54,485 nt of DNA, from assembly GCA_019752595.1 (NCBI GenBank), contig JAIELV010000001.1, forward strand, positions 1 to 54,485, written 5' to 3'. The position numbers were made by a program, and so were the translations under genes. Shown piece by piece: positions 27,467-35,652 of the stretch. How positions within the stretch are numbered: the stretch's first letter is position 1; each line of letters opens with the position of its first letter. This DNA comes from Patescibacteria group bacterium. GTDB taxonomy: Bacteria; Patescibacteriota; Minisyncoccia; Phycocordibacterales; Phycocordibacteraceae. The notes beneath the pieces are model-generated. The model saw only the letters and a list, made by a program, of their open reading frames with translations. It did not search any database and was not told the origin of the DNA.

Positions 27467-28051
27467 ATGGCAATCACTTCAGAACAAGTAAAAGAGTTAC
27501 GAGATATGACTGGTATTTCAGTCATGCAATGCAAAGCTGCTTTGGAAGAAGCGGGGGGCGATGTGCAGAAAGCACTTTTGATTCTCTCTAAGAAGAGCGG
27601 ACAGATTGCGGCGAAGAAAGGCGATCGCGTATTAAGCGCAGGAGCAGTTTCTTCGTACATTCATGCAACAAAAGAAGTGGGTTCTATGGTGGTGCTTCGC
27701 TCTGAAACCGATTTCGTTTCAAAAAATCAGGAGTTTGTTGATCTTGCGCGCGAGATTGCCCTTCAAGTTGCAGCTTCAAATCCTCAATACGTGAAGCGTG
27801 AAGATATCCCTGAGGAAAAACTTGCTGAATTCAAAGCGCTTTTCGTGAAGGAGGTTGAAGGAAAGCCTGAGAACATGAAAGAAACAATTCTCGCAGGCAA
27901 GCTTGATGCGTATCTGAAAGGCGTCGTGCTTTTGGAACAGCCGTTCATTAAAGAGCCTGAAAAGACGATTCGCCAGCTTTTGGAGAATGCAGTGCAGAAA
28001 TTCGGCGAGCGCGTGGAGGTAGAAAAATTTGTCCGTTACTCAGTCAAATAA
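27467..28051 (+). CDS. tsf: Elongation factor Ts (short form)
   Basis: N-terminal UBA-like VKELRDMTGISVMQCKAALEEAGGDVQKA. 194 aa. Confidence 0.9.
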   Translation: MAITSEQVKELRDMTGISVMQCKAALEEAGGDVQKALLILSKKSGQIAAKKGDRVLSAGAVSSYIHATKEVGSMVVLRSETDFVSKNQEFVDLAREIALQVAASNPQYVKREDIPEEKLAEFKALFVKEVEGKPENMKETILAGKLDAYLKGVVLLEQPFIKEPEKTIRQLLENAVQKFGERVEVEKFVRYSVK

Positions 28052-28057
28052 CTCTGT

Positions 28058-28450
28058 ATGTGGGCAGCAATACCCCTCGTTTCCTCAATCGTTCTTCTTG
28101 CGGGGTTTGTTGCATTCCGTGTGTGGGAAGAGAAACGGGGTAGAAAGTTTTTTGCATCAGAACGTGCCGAGGCAGATGCTATTGTCTCTGACCTCTACCG
28201 AGCTCTCGTGATGGGGAATATCCCGCAGAAGTATAGAGAAATGTTTCTAGCCTTTGTTCACAACGCAACACACATGATTGTTGTTCTTGCGGTCTCAACA
28301 CTCCGCGCTATTGAGCGTCCGCTTTCTCGGTTTTCATACAGACTGCGTCAGAGGGCACCAGGAGTGATCGGGAAAGAGCCTTCTGCATTTTTGAAGACTC
28401 TGACGCCCGAAAAGAAAGAAATTTCGAATAGCACAGAGACCACGAATTAG
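28058..28450 (+). CDS. Membrane protein, hypothetical
   Basis: N-terminal TM helix (AIPLVSSIVLLAGFVAF) and a second hydrophobic segment. No family recognised. Confidence 0.5.
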   Translation: MWAAIPLVSSIVLLAGFVAFRVWEEKRGRKFFASERAEADAIVSDLYRALVMGNIPQKYREMFLAFVHNATHMIVVLAVSTLRAIERPLSRFSYRLRQRAPGVIGKEPSAFLKTLTPEKKEISNSTETTN

Positions 28451-28466
28451 ATATAGTACATATACT

Positions 28467-28539
28467 GCCGCCTTAGCTCAGTTGGTAGAGCAACACTTTT
28501 GTAAAGTGAAGGTCCCCAGTTCAAGCCTGGGAGGCGGCT
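28467..28539 (+). tRNA. tRNA-Thr (anticodon TGT)
   Basis: Hand-folded cloverleaf. Acceptor stem GCCGCCT/AGGCGGC is a perfect 7 bp. D arm GCTC-AGTTGGTA-GAGC. Anticodon loop TT-TGT-AA. Variable loop AGGTC. T arm CCCAG-TTCAAGC-CTGGG. Discriminator T. No encoded CCA. Confidence 0.9.
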
Positions 28540-28540
28540 C

Positions 28541-28978
28541 ATGGAGAAAAAGGGTTTGTATTGGAAGATTCGCGGTTGGGTTATAGAAACTCTCGCATTT
28601 GCTTCGCCAGTCATAGCGATTACTCTTCAAACACATCGCGCAACACGGGAAGACGGCTACCACGATAGCCCGCTCACCCTAAAAGACCCAGGTCACATGC
28701 GCATTCGTATGTACGATCGCTTGGTGCTTTTCGCAAGTTATGTTGTCGGCATATTTATTTTTTTCTTTAACAGCACTCTTTTTAATTTTGACCCCGCTGA
28801 GTGGGTAGGTGCTCCAAATATTGAATTCAAAATTATCTCTACTGTGCTGTTCCCACAAATTACAGGCGGGTGGTTTACACTGGTTTTATGGAGCGGTTTT
28901 TTTGTGTTCCTTCGTTTTTACGATCGCACGCGAAGTCGTATTATTCGTGAGACAAACGAACGACTGAAAGTTTGGTAG
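28541..28978 (+). CDS. Membrane protein, hypothetical (start uncertain)
   Basis: Two or three TM helices in the C-terminal two thirds. The track ATG lies 2 nt after the tRNA; internal Met codons near 28690-28710 are alternative starts. Confidence 0.45.
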   Translation: MEKKGLYWKIRGWVIETLAFASPVIAITLQTHRATREDGYHDSPLTLKDPGHMRIRMYDRLVLFASYVVGIFIFFFNSTLFNFDPAEWVGAPNIEFKIISTVLFPQITGGWFTLVLWSGFFVFLRFYDRTRSRIIRETNERLKVW

Positions 28979-28989
28979 AATCACTATTT

Positions 28990-29949
28990 ATGGACGAACC
29001 ATTCAAACTTGGAAAAGGCTCAAAGTTACGCTACGGCGAAAACCCTCATCAGGAGGGGTGGTTTTATGAGACGGAGGATGGGGCAAACGACCCCTTGGCG
29101 ATAGGGAAATTTCAGTATCTTCAGGGCAAAGAACTCTCGTATAACAACTATCTTGATATGGATGGTGCTTTATACGCACTTTCACATTTGGGTGGCGAGA
29201 AGCCTGCGTGCGTGATTGTGAAGCACACCAATCCCTGTGGCGCCTCCCGCCGAGACACTATCTCTGATGCGTATCAGGGAGCATGGTACGACGGTGACCC
29301 ACTGGCAGCATTCGGCGGCGTGATGGCAGTCAACAGGGAAGTTGATGCGCCTCTGGCTGAAAAAATGATTCAGAATTTTTTTGAAATACTCATGACTCCA
29401 TCAATTACCCCTGAAGCTCTTCAGATATTTACCAAGAAGCCCAATATTCGCGTCATGGTAAATCCTGCGCTCGAGAATCCAACTCCTGCGGATGCAAAAC
29501 AGATTCATAAAATTCGCGGTGGCGTTTTGATGCAGGATGCGGACACGAAAACCGTGACGAAAGACATGTTAAAGATCGTGACGAAGCGTGTACCCTCAGA
29601 CGCGGAAATACATGACATGCTCTTTGCGTGGGCGGTGTGCCGAGCAACGAAATCAAATACTGTCGTTGCTGTAAAGAATGAAACACTTATTGCCTCAGGC
29701 GCAGGACAGCAAGACAGAAAGCGATGCGCGGAACTCTGTGTTTCAAAAGGCGGAGAGAAAATGAAAGGCGCAGTCGCAGCCTCCGATGCATTTTTCCCGT
29801 TTCCCGATGCGCTTCAGGTACTTATTAATTCAGGAGTTACTGCTGTTATTCAACCAGGCGGCTCGGTCAAAGACGCGGATGTCATAAAAGCAGCAGATGA
29901 CGCGGGGATAGCAATGGTGTTTTCAGGAGTTCGCGCGTTTCGACACTAA
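28990..29949 (+). CDS. purH: AICAR transformylase domain protein (C-terminal half of PurH only; no IMP cyclohydrolase/MGS domain)
   Basis: LRYGENPHQ, VKHTNPCG, SDAFFPFPD, QPGGSVKD and GVRAFRH. Start set at ATG 28990, 8 nt after TGgTAGAAT. Confidence 0.88.
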   Translation: MDEPFKLGKGSKLRYGENPHQEGWFYETEDGANDPLAIGKFQYLQGKELSYNNYLDMDGALYALSHLGGEKPACVIVKHTNPCGASRRDTISDAYQGAWYDGDPLAAFGGVMAVNREVDAPLAEKMIQNFFEILMTPSITPEALQIFTKKPNIRVMVNPALENPTPADAKQIHKIRGGVLMQDADTKTVTKDMLKIVTKRVPSDAEIHDMLFAWAVCRATKSNTVVAVKNETLIASGAGQQDRKRCAELCVSKGGEKMKGAVAASDAFFPFPDALQVLINSGVTAVIQPGGSVKDADVIKAADDAGIAMVFSGVRAFRH

Positions 29950-29954
29950 ACTTC

Positions 29955-31517
29955 ATGCATCCCGCATTGCAGAAAAATCCGTATCTTCATACGGGAAGGG
30001 CGACGGACCTTACAGGAACGGATCGCCTTATCTACCGACTTTTTGAAATCCTCCCAGGATTTTTGTCATTCGGCACACTCTTCGGACTTGCAGCGCTTTC
30101 TTTTTTTGCGCCTGTGTGGGCAGCGTATTTCACCATTCTTTTTTCGGGGTACTGGGTTTACAAAACTATTTTCCTCTCGGTTCACTTGGGGCATAACTTC
30201 AGAAGGTTGCGCTACAACATGAGTGCTGATTGGCTTCAGAAGCTTGAAAATTTGAAATACCAAGATATTTTACATGTGGTAATTTTCCCGTTTGCGCACG
30301 AACCGTATCAGGTATTACATGAAAGTATTTCCGCACTCGCAAATTCTCGTTTTCCGAAAAGTCAGATTGCCGTTGTGTTGGCTTCCGAAGAGCGCATGGG
30401 TACAAGTGCACAGGAGACCGCGAAAAAACTTGAAAACGAATTCAAAGGGGTGTTTAAAGATTTTATAGTAACCGTGCACCCTTCGGGGGTTCCTGGAGAA
30501 CTTCCTGGAAAGGGTTCAAATATTTCTTATGCAGCGGGAGAGGCACGCACGCGGATCGTGGACGCCTACGGCGTTAGTTATGACCGTACGTTGGTGTCTG
30601 CCTTTGATGCTGACACTGTCATTTACCCTGATTACTTCGCGTGTCTTACGTGGTACTTCCTAACCGAAGACAACCCTCTGCGTGCATCGTTTCAGCCCGT
30701 GCCTTTGTATAACAACAACATCTGGGGCGCACCTATTCTTTCCCGCGTTTTGGCGTATTCTTCAACGTTCTGGCAGATGATTCAGCAGGAAATGCCTGAA
30801 CGGCTGACCACGTTTTCTTCGCACGCGGTTTCTATGCGCGCTCTGGTTGAAGCGGATTACTGGCAAAGAAATATTGTGTCCGAAGATTCACGCATTTTCT
30901 TTAATTTGTTTATGCACTATGACGGTGAGTATCGCGTCGTGCCGATTTCGTACCCCGTTTCTATGGACGCAAATGTTTCAAAAAATTGGCTTGCAACCGT
31001 GCATGCTCTCTACAAACAGCATAGACGATGGTCATACGGCGCGGAGAACGTTGCGTACTTACTGTTCAATTTCATGAAAAATCCACGGATACCGTTTAAG
31101 AAAAAATGGCAACAGGCGTTTATTCAAATAGAAGGCTTTTGGTCTCTCGCAACGCACCCGTTAATCCTCTTCGTGGTTGGATGGCTCCCTTTGTTCATCG
31201 GCGGGTATGCGTTTAATGCATCGGTGCTCTCATACAATCTTCCAATCGTTGCGACCTGGTTTCTCACGATTGCAATGTTTGGGTTGGTGGTGTCGTCGGT
31301 GTTCTTTATGCGTCTCGTACCTGACCGTCCGCAAGTGTATTCGTGGGGAAGAAGTGTGATTATGGCGTTTCAGTGGATTTTGGTTCCTTTGACTATGGTT
31401 ATCTTCAGCGCGATTCCTGGGCTTGATGCGCAAATTCGTCTTATGACAGGAAATTATCTTGGTTTCTGGGTGACTCCAAAAACCCGTCACCAGGAAATAA
31501 AATCAAAGACTGCCTAA
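29955..31517 (+). CDS. Membrane-embedded family-2 glycosyltransferase (processive synthase type)
   Basis: FDADT (DxD), SEDSR (ED) and QHRRWSYG (QxxRW). TM helices lie at both ends. Confidence 0.8.
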   Translation: MHPALQKNPYLHTGRATDLTGTDRLIYRLFEILPGFLSFGTLFGLAALSFFAPVWAAYFTILFSGYWVYKTIFLSVHLGHNFRRLRYNMSADWLQKLENLKYQDILHVVIFPFAHEPYQVLHESISALANSRFPKSQIAVVLASEERMGTSAQETAKKLENEFKGVFKDFIVTVHPSGVPGELPGKGSNISYAAGEARTRIVDAYGVSYDRTLVSAFDADTVIYPDYFACLTWYFLTEDNPLRASFQPVPLYNNNIWGAPILSRVLAYSSTFWQMIQQEMPERLTTFSSHAVSMRALVEADYWQRNIVSEDSRIFFNLFMHYDGEYRVVPISYPVSMDANVSKNWLATVHALYKQHRRWSYGAENVAYLLFNFMKNPRIPFKKKWQQAFIQIEGFWSLATHPLILFVVGWLPLFIGGYAFNASVLSYNLPIVATWFLTIAMFGLVVSSVFFMRLVPDRPQVYSWGRSVIMAFQWILVPLTMVIFSAIPGLDAQIRLMTGNYLGFWVTPKTRHQEIKSKTA

Positions 31518-31539
31518 GCTGAGCGCTATACTGTTTTTT

Positions 31540-32397
31540 ATGCAACCTGTTTCAATGCGTCGTCGTCTGGTGTACCTCGTACTCTCTGTTATTGCTTTTA
31601 TGATTACCGTGCCTGCAGCGGTTTTTTATGCATCAGGCTATCGTCTGGAAGATTTTTCTCTCGTAGAAACTGGCGGTGTGTATGTGAGTGTTTCTACTTC
31701 GGATGCTGTTGTTTCTATTAACGGAAAAGAAGAGGGAACGACGAGCTTATTTGTGCGCTCGTTTTACGTCGATCGACTGAACGAAGATTCTTACAGTGTG
31801 CAAGTTTCGCGCGAAGGGTACTATCCGTGGACGAAGAAGTTACATGTTGAACCGAGCATTGTTACTGATGTATTTGCGTTTCTCATACCACAAACCTTAT
31901 CTTTACGAGAAATATACATTGATACAGACGAAGAGGGGGTTGCCTCTACCACGCGGGTCGTCTCACAAAGTGAATATAACTCGCTTCTAAAAGCATTTGC
32001 CGCAACCTCGACACTGCCTTCAGCAAAGCCTTCAGCGACATCAACTCCCGTCGCCACTCGTGCTGGTGTTGAGTTGTATGTCGAAAAAGGGAATCTTATT
32101 GTGCGCTGGTCGAGAGATACGAAAGCGGTACCGAGCTCGTTCTGTGTAGAGCCTTCTTCGTGTGTGTATGAATTTTTCCTCGAGAAAGGCAAAGATACGG
32201 TAAAAAACGCGCAGTTTTTCTTGGGTGGCATTGTGTATGCAACCAAGGAATCGGGTGTCTTTCTCGCGGAAAATGACGTTCGCCCCGTACCTCTGACGGT
32301 ACCTGTGTATAGCCGTCCAGGCTCCGATTTTCGCATTATTAACGGTGAGTTGATTATCAAGGACGGTAGTACTTTCTACGAAGTTTCGGGTTTCTAG
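31540..32397 (+). CDS. Membrane-anchored PEGA-domain protein
   Basis: N-terminal TM helix. VVSINGKEEGTTS......YSVQVSREGYYPWTKKLHV resembles a PEGA module. TATACT lies 7 nt before the ATG. Confidence 0.55.
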   Translation: MQPVSMRRRLVYLVLSVIAFMITVPAAVFYASGYRLEDFSLVETGGVYVSVSTSDAVVSINGKEEGTTSLFVRSFYVDRLNEDSYSVQVSREGYYPWTKKLHVEPSIVTDVFAFLIPQTLSLREIYIDTDEEGVASTTRVVSQSEYNSLLKAFAATSTLPSAKPSATSTPVATRAGVELYVEKGNLIVRWSRDTKAVPSSFCVEPSSCVYEFFLEKGKDTVKNAQFFLGGIVYATKESGVFLAENDVRPVPLTVPVYSRPGSDFRIINGELIIKDGSTFYEVSGF

Positions 32398-32427
32398 AAC
32401 CGCGCTCAGTTCGGTATACTTGGACAC

Positions 32428-33156
32428 ATGGCTACAGGGCATATCCATCCGCTTTCTCGCGTTATTTCTGAAGCGACGCATATATTTTCCGAGATGGGAT
32501 TTACGGTAGAGGAGGGGCCGTATATAGAAACAATCGCGAACAATTTTGACACCTTAAACTTTCCGAAAGACCACCCCGCGCGCGACATGCAAGATTCCTT
32601 CTTTATGGAGGGGGAGTTGGAAAATATGCTTCGTACGCACACGACCGATGTGCACGCGCGTTACATAGAACAGGCACTCAAGAATCAAAACGACCCTCCG
32701 TACCGCCTTGTGGCGCTCGGAAAGGTGTTTAGAAACGAAGCAACCGACGTAACGCACGAAGCCGAATTTTTCCAGGTTGACGGCTTTGTGCTTGAGAAAG
32801 GCATTACGCTTGCACACTTGAAAGGTACGCTTCAGCATTTCTACAGTCGTTTAATGGGTGGGAATGCAGAAATTCGCTTCCGTCCGTCCTTTTTTCCTTT
32901 CACTGAACCAAGTGTAGAAATTGATATGCGAGTGATGGGCGATTCCGTGCCTGAGAAACTTCGCGGTAAGTGGATAGAAGTTATGGGAGCGGGAATGACG
33001 CATCCGAACGTCATTAGAAATTACGGTCTCGATCCTTCCGTGTGGCGCGGATTTGCGTTCGGCGGTGGTTTGGACCGCGTTGCGCTTCTGAGGTGGGGCA
33101 TAGATGACATACGACACATGCACTCGGGCGATTTGCGGTTCATTAATCAGTTTTAG
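32428..33156 (+). CDS. pheS: Phenylalanine--tRNA ligase alpha subunit, catalytic core only
   Basis: HPLSRVISEATHIFSEMGFTV, FPKDHPARDMQDSFF, class II motifs FRNEATDVTHEAEFFQVDG and GAGMTHPNV...GFAFGGGLDR. At 242 aa it lacks the usual ~90-100 aa N-terminal helical arm. Confidence 0.93.
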   Translation: MATGHIHPLSRVISEATHIFSEMGFTVEEGPYIETIANNFDTLNFPKDHPARDMQDSFFMEGELENMLRTHTTDVHARYIEQALKNQNDPPYRLVALGKVFRNEATDVTHEAEFFQVDGFVLEKGITLAHLKGTLQHFYSRLMGGNAEIRFRPSFFPFTEPSVEIDMRVMGDSVPEKLRGKWIEVMGAGMTHPNVIRNYGLDPSVWRGFAFGGGLDRVALLRWGIDDIRHMHSGDLRFINQF

Positions 33157-33191
33157 AAGTTGTTATGAGCAAAGCGAATTACAAATTCTTA

Positions 33192-33238
33192 ACCCCGCCC
33201 TCTATGCTTCCCGCATCAAGATGCTTAGAGGGCGGGGT
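33192..33238. other. GC-rich 12-bp perfect hairpin in the pheS-pheT spacer
   Basis: accccgccctct-(23 nt)-agagggcggggt. The loop contains a small atgc/gcat stem. No T-tract follows on either strand. Confidence 0.6.
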
Positions 33239-33282
33239 GCAAGAGATTCTAAGCTCACATTCGTTCGCTAATAATCTCTAGC

Positions 33283-35160
33283 ATGAAAGTATCTCGAACT
33301 TGGCTACAACGATTTTTTGATACGGAGTTACCGTCAACGGAAGAACTTCGAGATCTGTTCACATTTCATGCGTTTGAAGTTGAGGAAGTAGTGGGCGATA
33401 TGCTTGATTTGAAAGTACTTCCCGACAGAGCAGGGTATGCGATGTCTCACCGGGGTATCGCAAAAGAGCTGTCTGCAATTTTGCAGACTCCGCTCGCTCG
33501 TGACCCTCTCGCAGAGCCTTTGCCCGAATTTCCTTCGACAGACACGCTTCGCGTGAATGCCGATCCTGAATACGTGAATAGACATACTGCAGCTCTGGTG
33601 ACAGGCGTCACTGTCGGTCCTTCGCCCGAATGGTTGAAAAATCTTTTGGAGTCTGTCGGTCAGCGCTCGATAAACAACATCGTCGATATTTCAAACTTCG
33701 TCATGCTCAACATGGGGCAGCCGAACCACGCGTTTGATGCGGACACTATTTCTCGTGTGCATGGGGTCACTTCCGTTGATATCCGAAAAGCAGTGCTGAA
33801 TGAAAAAGTAACAACACTTTCAAATGAGGAGTATTCTTTGTGGGAAAGTATCTATGTATTCGGGGATCCTGAGACAGGAAAAGCGCTTGATGTTGCAGGT
33901 ATCAAGGGTGGCCTTGATTCTGGCGTGACGGAGAAAACAACTACGCTTTTTATCTCCGCAGGAAATTACAACGCAAGCTTACTACGAAGGGCATCGCAGG
34001 GACTCCGCCTCGTGACTGATGCTTCGCAGAGATTCCAAAACGCGCCGTCGCCTGAATTAACTATGTATGGCATGCGCGACGTACTCTCACTCATTACGGA
34101 AATAGCAGGGGGGAAGGTGGTTGGCGTTTTGGATATATACTCGAATAGAGCGGAAGAAAAAAAGCCCGTTTCTTTGAGTCTTGAGGTTATACAGGAAATT
34201 CTCGGGCCTGAATTTACCGATACAGAAGTATTAGAGGCATTTAAACGGCTCGGCTTTGACTACGTGCGGACGTTGAATGTGTTTACGGTTACCCCGCCGT
34301 TTGAGCGCTCTGACATCGTGATTCCTGAAGACCTTGCAGAAGAAGTAGGACGCATTATTGGGTATGACAAAATTAAACCTCGAGAGTTGCCAAAGCTTTC
34401 AGGGAAGCCTGCTGTAGATAAAAATTTCTACTACGCGGAAAAAGTCCGCATCTATCTTGCACATGCAGGTTTTTCAGAAATTTACACCTCAGTGTTCACA
34501 AACGAAAAAGGCGACAGGCAGGTTTCAAATAAGGTAGACAGCGATAAACCGTTTTTACGCGCATCTCTTACTCCTGGTGTCTCCGCGAGCCTCAAGGCAA
34601 ATACGCTCAACCGTCCGTTATTGGGACTGACTGAAGTGAAGATTTTTGAAATCGGAAAAGTATTTTCAAAAAAAGGGGAGACGTGGCACTTAGCACTCGG
34701 CACCTCATCAAAAAAAGAAGCAAAAGCAACCCTCGAGAAAATGTTCGCCGATTTCGCGGGGGTAGTGCCTGCGAAAGAAATAGAAGGCGTACTGGAGATT
34801 GATTTCAGCGAATGGGTAAAAAAACTTCCTGCGCCATCCGCGTATGAGCCACTCTCGAAAGTTCCTCATGTTCGGTATGAGCCATTCTCGCGCTACCCGT
34901 TTGTTGCACGCGATATTGCGGTATGGACACCCGAGGGTACGGCTTCAGAGGAAGCGGAGAATCGTATTCGCGAGAAAGCAGGGAATTTGCTCAAACGTAT
35001 CGACCAATTCGATACCTTCACCAAGGATGGAAAAACCTCATACGCGTTTCGCCTCGTGTTTCTTTCGAACGAAAGAACGCTCACTGACGAAGAAGTGAAC
35101 AAGTATATGCAGGAAGTGACTGATGCACTGAATGCGAAAGTGGGTTGGCAGGTGAGGTAA
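33283..35160 (+). CDS. pheT: Phenylalanine--tRNA ligase beta subunit lacking the B2 OB-fold tRNA-binding domain
   Basis: MKVSRTWLQRFF...EVEEV runs straight into LKVLPDRAGYAMSHRGIAKEL. B3/4, B5 and the C-terminal FDX-ACB region (RYPFVARDIAVW...YAFRLVF) are present. 625 aa, against about 790-800 for typical bacterial PheT. Confidence 0.92.
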   Translation: MKVSRTWLQRFFDTELPSTEELRDLFTFHAFEVEEVVGDMLDLKVLPDRAGYAMSHRGIAKELSAILQTPLARDPLAEPLPEFPSTDTLRVNADPEYVNRHTAALVTGVTVGPSPEWLKNLLESVGQRSINNIVDISNFVMLNMGQPNHAFDADTISRVHGVTSVDIRKAVLNEKVTTLSNEEYSLWESIYVFGDPETGKALDVAGIKGGLDSGVTEKTTTLFISAGNYNASLLRRASQGLRLVTDASQRFQNAPSPELTMYGMRDVLSLITEIAGGKVVGVLDIYSNRAEEKKPVSLSLEVIQEILGPEFTDTEVLEAFKRLGFDYVRTLNVFTVTPPFERSDIVIPEDLAEEVGRIIGYDKIKPRELPKLSGKPAVDKNFYYAEKVRIYLAHAGFSEIYTSVFTNEKGDRQVSNKVDSDKPFLRASLTPGVSASLKANTLNRPLLGLTEVKIFEIGKVFSKKGETWHLALGTSSKKEAKATLEKMFADFAGVVPAKEIEGVLEIDFSEWVKKLPAPSAYEPLSKVPHVRYEPFSRYPFVARDIAVWTPEGTASEEAENRIREKAGNLLKRIDQFDTFTKDGKTSYAFRLVFLSNERTLTDEEVNKYMQEVTDALNAKVGWQVR

Positions 35161-35264
35161 AACAAGCCGTCTGTCTCATCCCGCCCCAGCGGGGACGGGG
35201 GTACCCCCGAGCGGCTACCGAGGTTTTTTCTAGGTACAATATCGGCCTCCGCGGATGCTGATTC

Positions 35265-35303
35265 ACTCCAATACTCTGCGGCAGAGCCGCAGAGTATTGG
35301 AGT
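35265..35303. other. 18-bp perfect inverted repeat / hairpin upstream of csoR
   Basis: actccaatactctgcggc-aga-gccgcagagtattggagt. A TACAAT box lies at 35235-35240. No T-tract follows. Confidence 0.6.
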
Positions 35304-35340
35304 CTAGTAATTTCAGTAGCAGCTTACCCACAGAGTGCTT

Positions 35341-35367
35341 GTATATACCCCCCTAGGGGTATATACT
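35341..35367 (+). promoter_or_regulatory. Candidate CsoR operator overlapping the csoR-copA -10 box
   Basis: GTATATACCCC-ccta-GGGGTATATAC is an 11-4-11 inverted repeat with a central C/G tract. TATACT at 35362-35367 sits inside the right arm, 8 nt before the ATG at 35376. Confidence 0.65.
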
Positions 35368-35375
35368 TAAAGTCT

Positions 35376-35651
35376 ATGAAGTACATGGACGAAAAAAGTA
35401 AGGCGAAAATAATTCGTCATTTGAAGGTCATGGAAGGACAGTTACGCGGCCTACAAAAGATGGTCGAATGTGACACGTATTGCATTGATGTGATTACACA
35501 GACATCCGCTGTAAAGCAAGGGCTTTCAAATGTAGAGGACGTATTGCTCGAAAACCATCTCGAACACTGTGTGTCGCATCAGATGACTTCTGGGCAGACT
35601 GCAAAAGCAAAAAGCGAAGTCTTGAAGGTCTACAAACTCAAGCGAAAATAG
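35376..35651 (+). CDS. csoR: CsoR-family copper-sensing transcriptional repressor
   Basis: [31 protein letters not shown]...HLEHCV carries the x-C-H-C Cu(I) ligand pattern. Confidence 0.88.
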   Translation: MKYMDEKSKAKIIRHLKVMEGQLRGLQKMVECDTYCIDVITQTSAVKQGLSNVEDVLLENHLEHCVSHQMTSGQTAKAKSEVLKVYKLKRK

Positions 35652-35652
35652 T

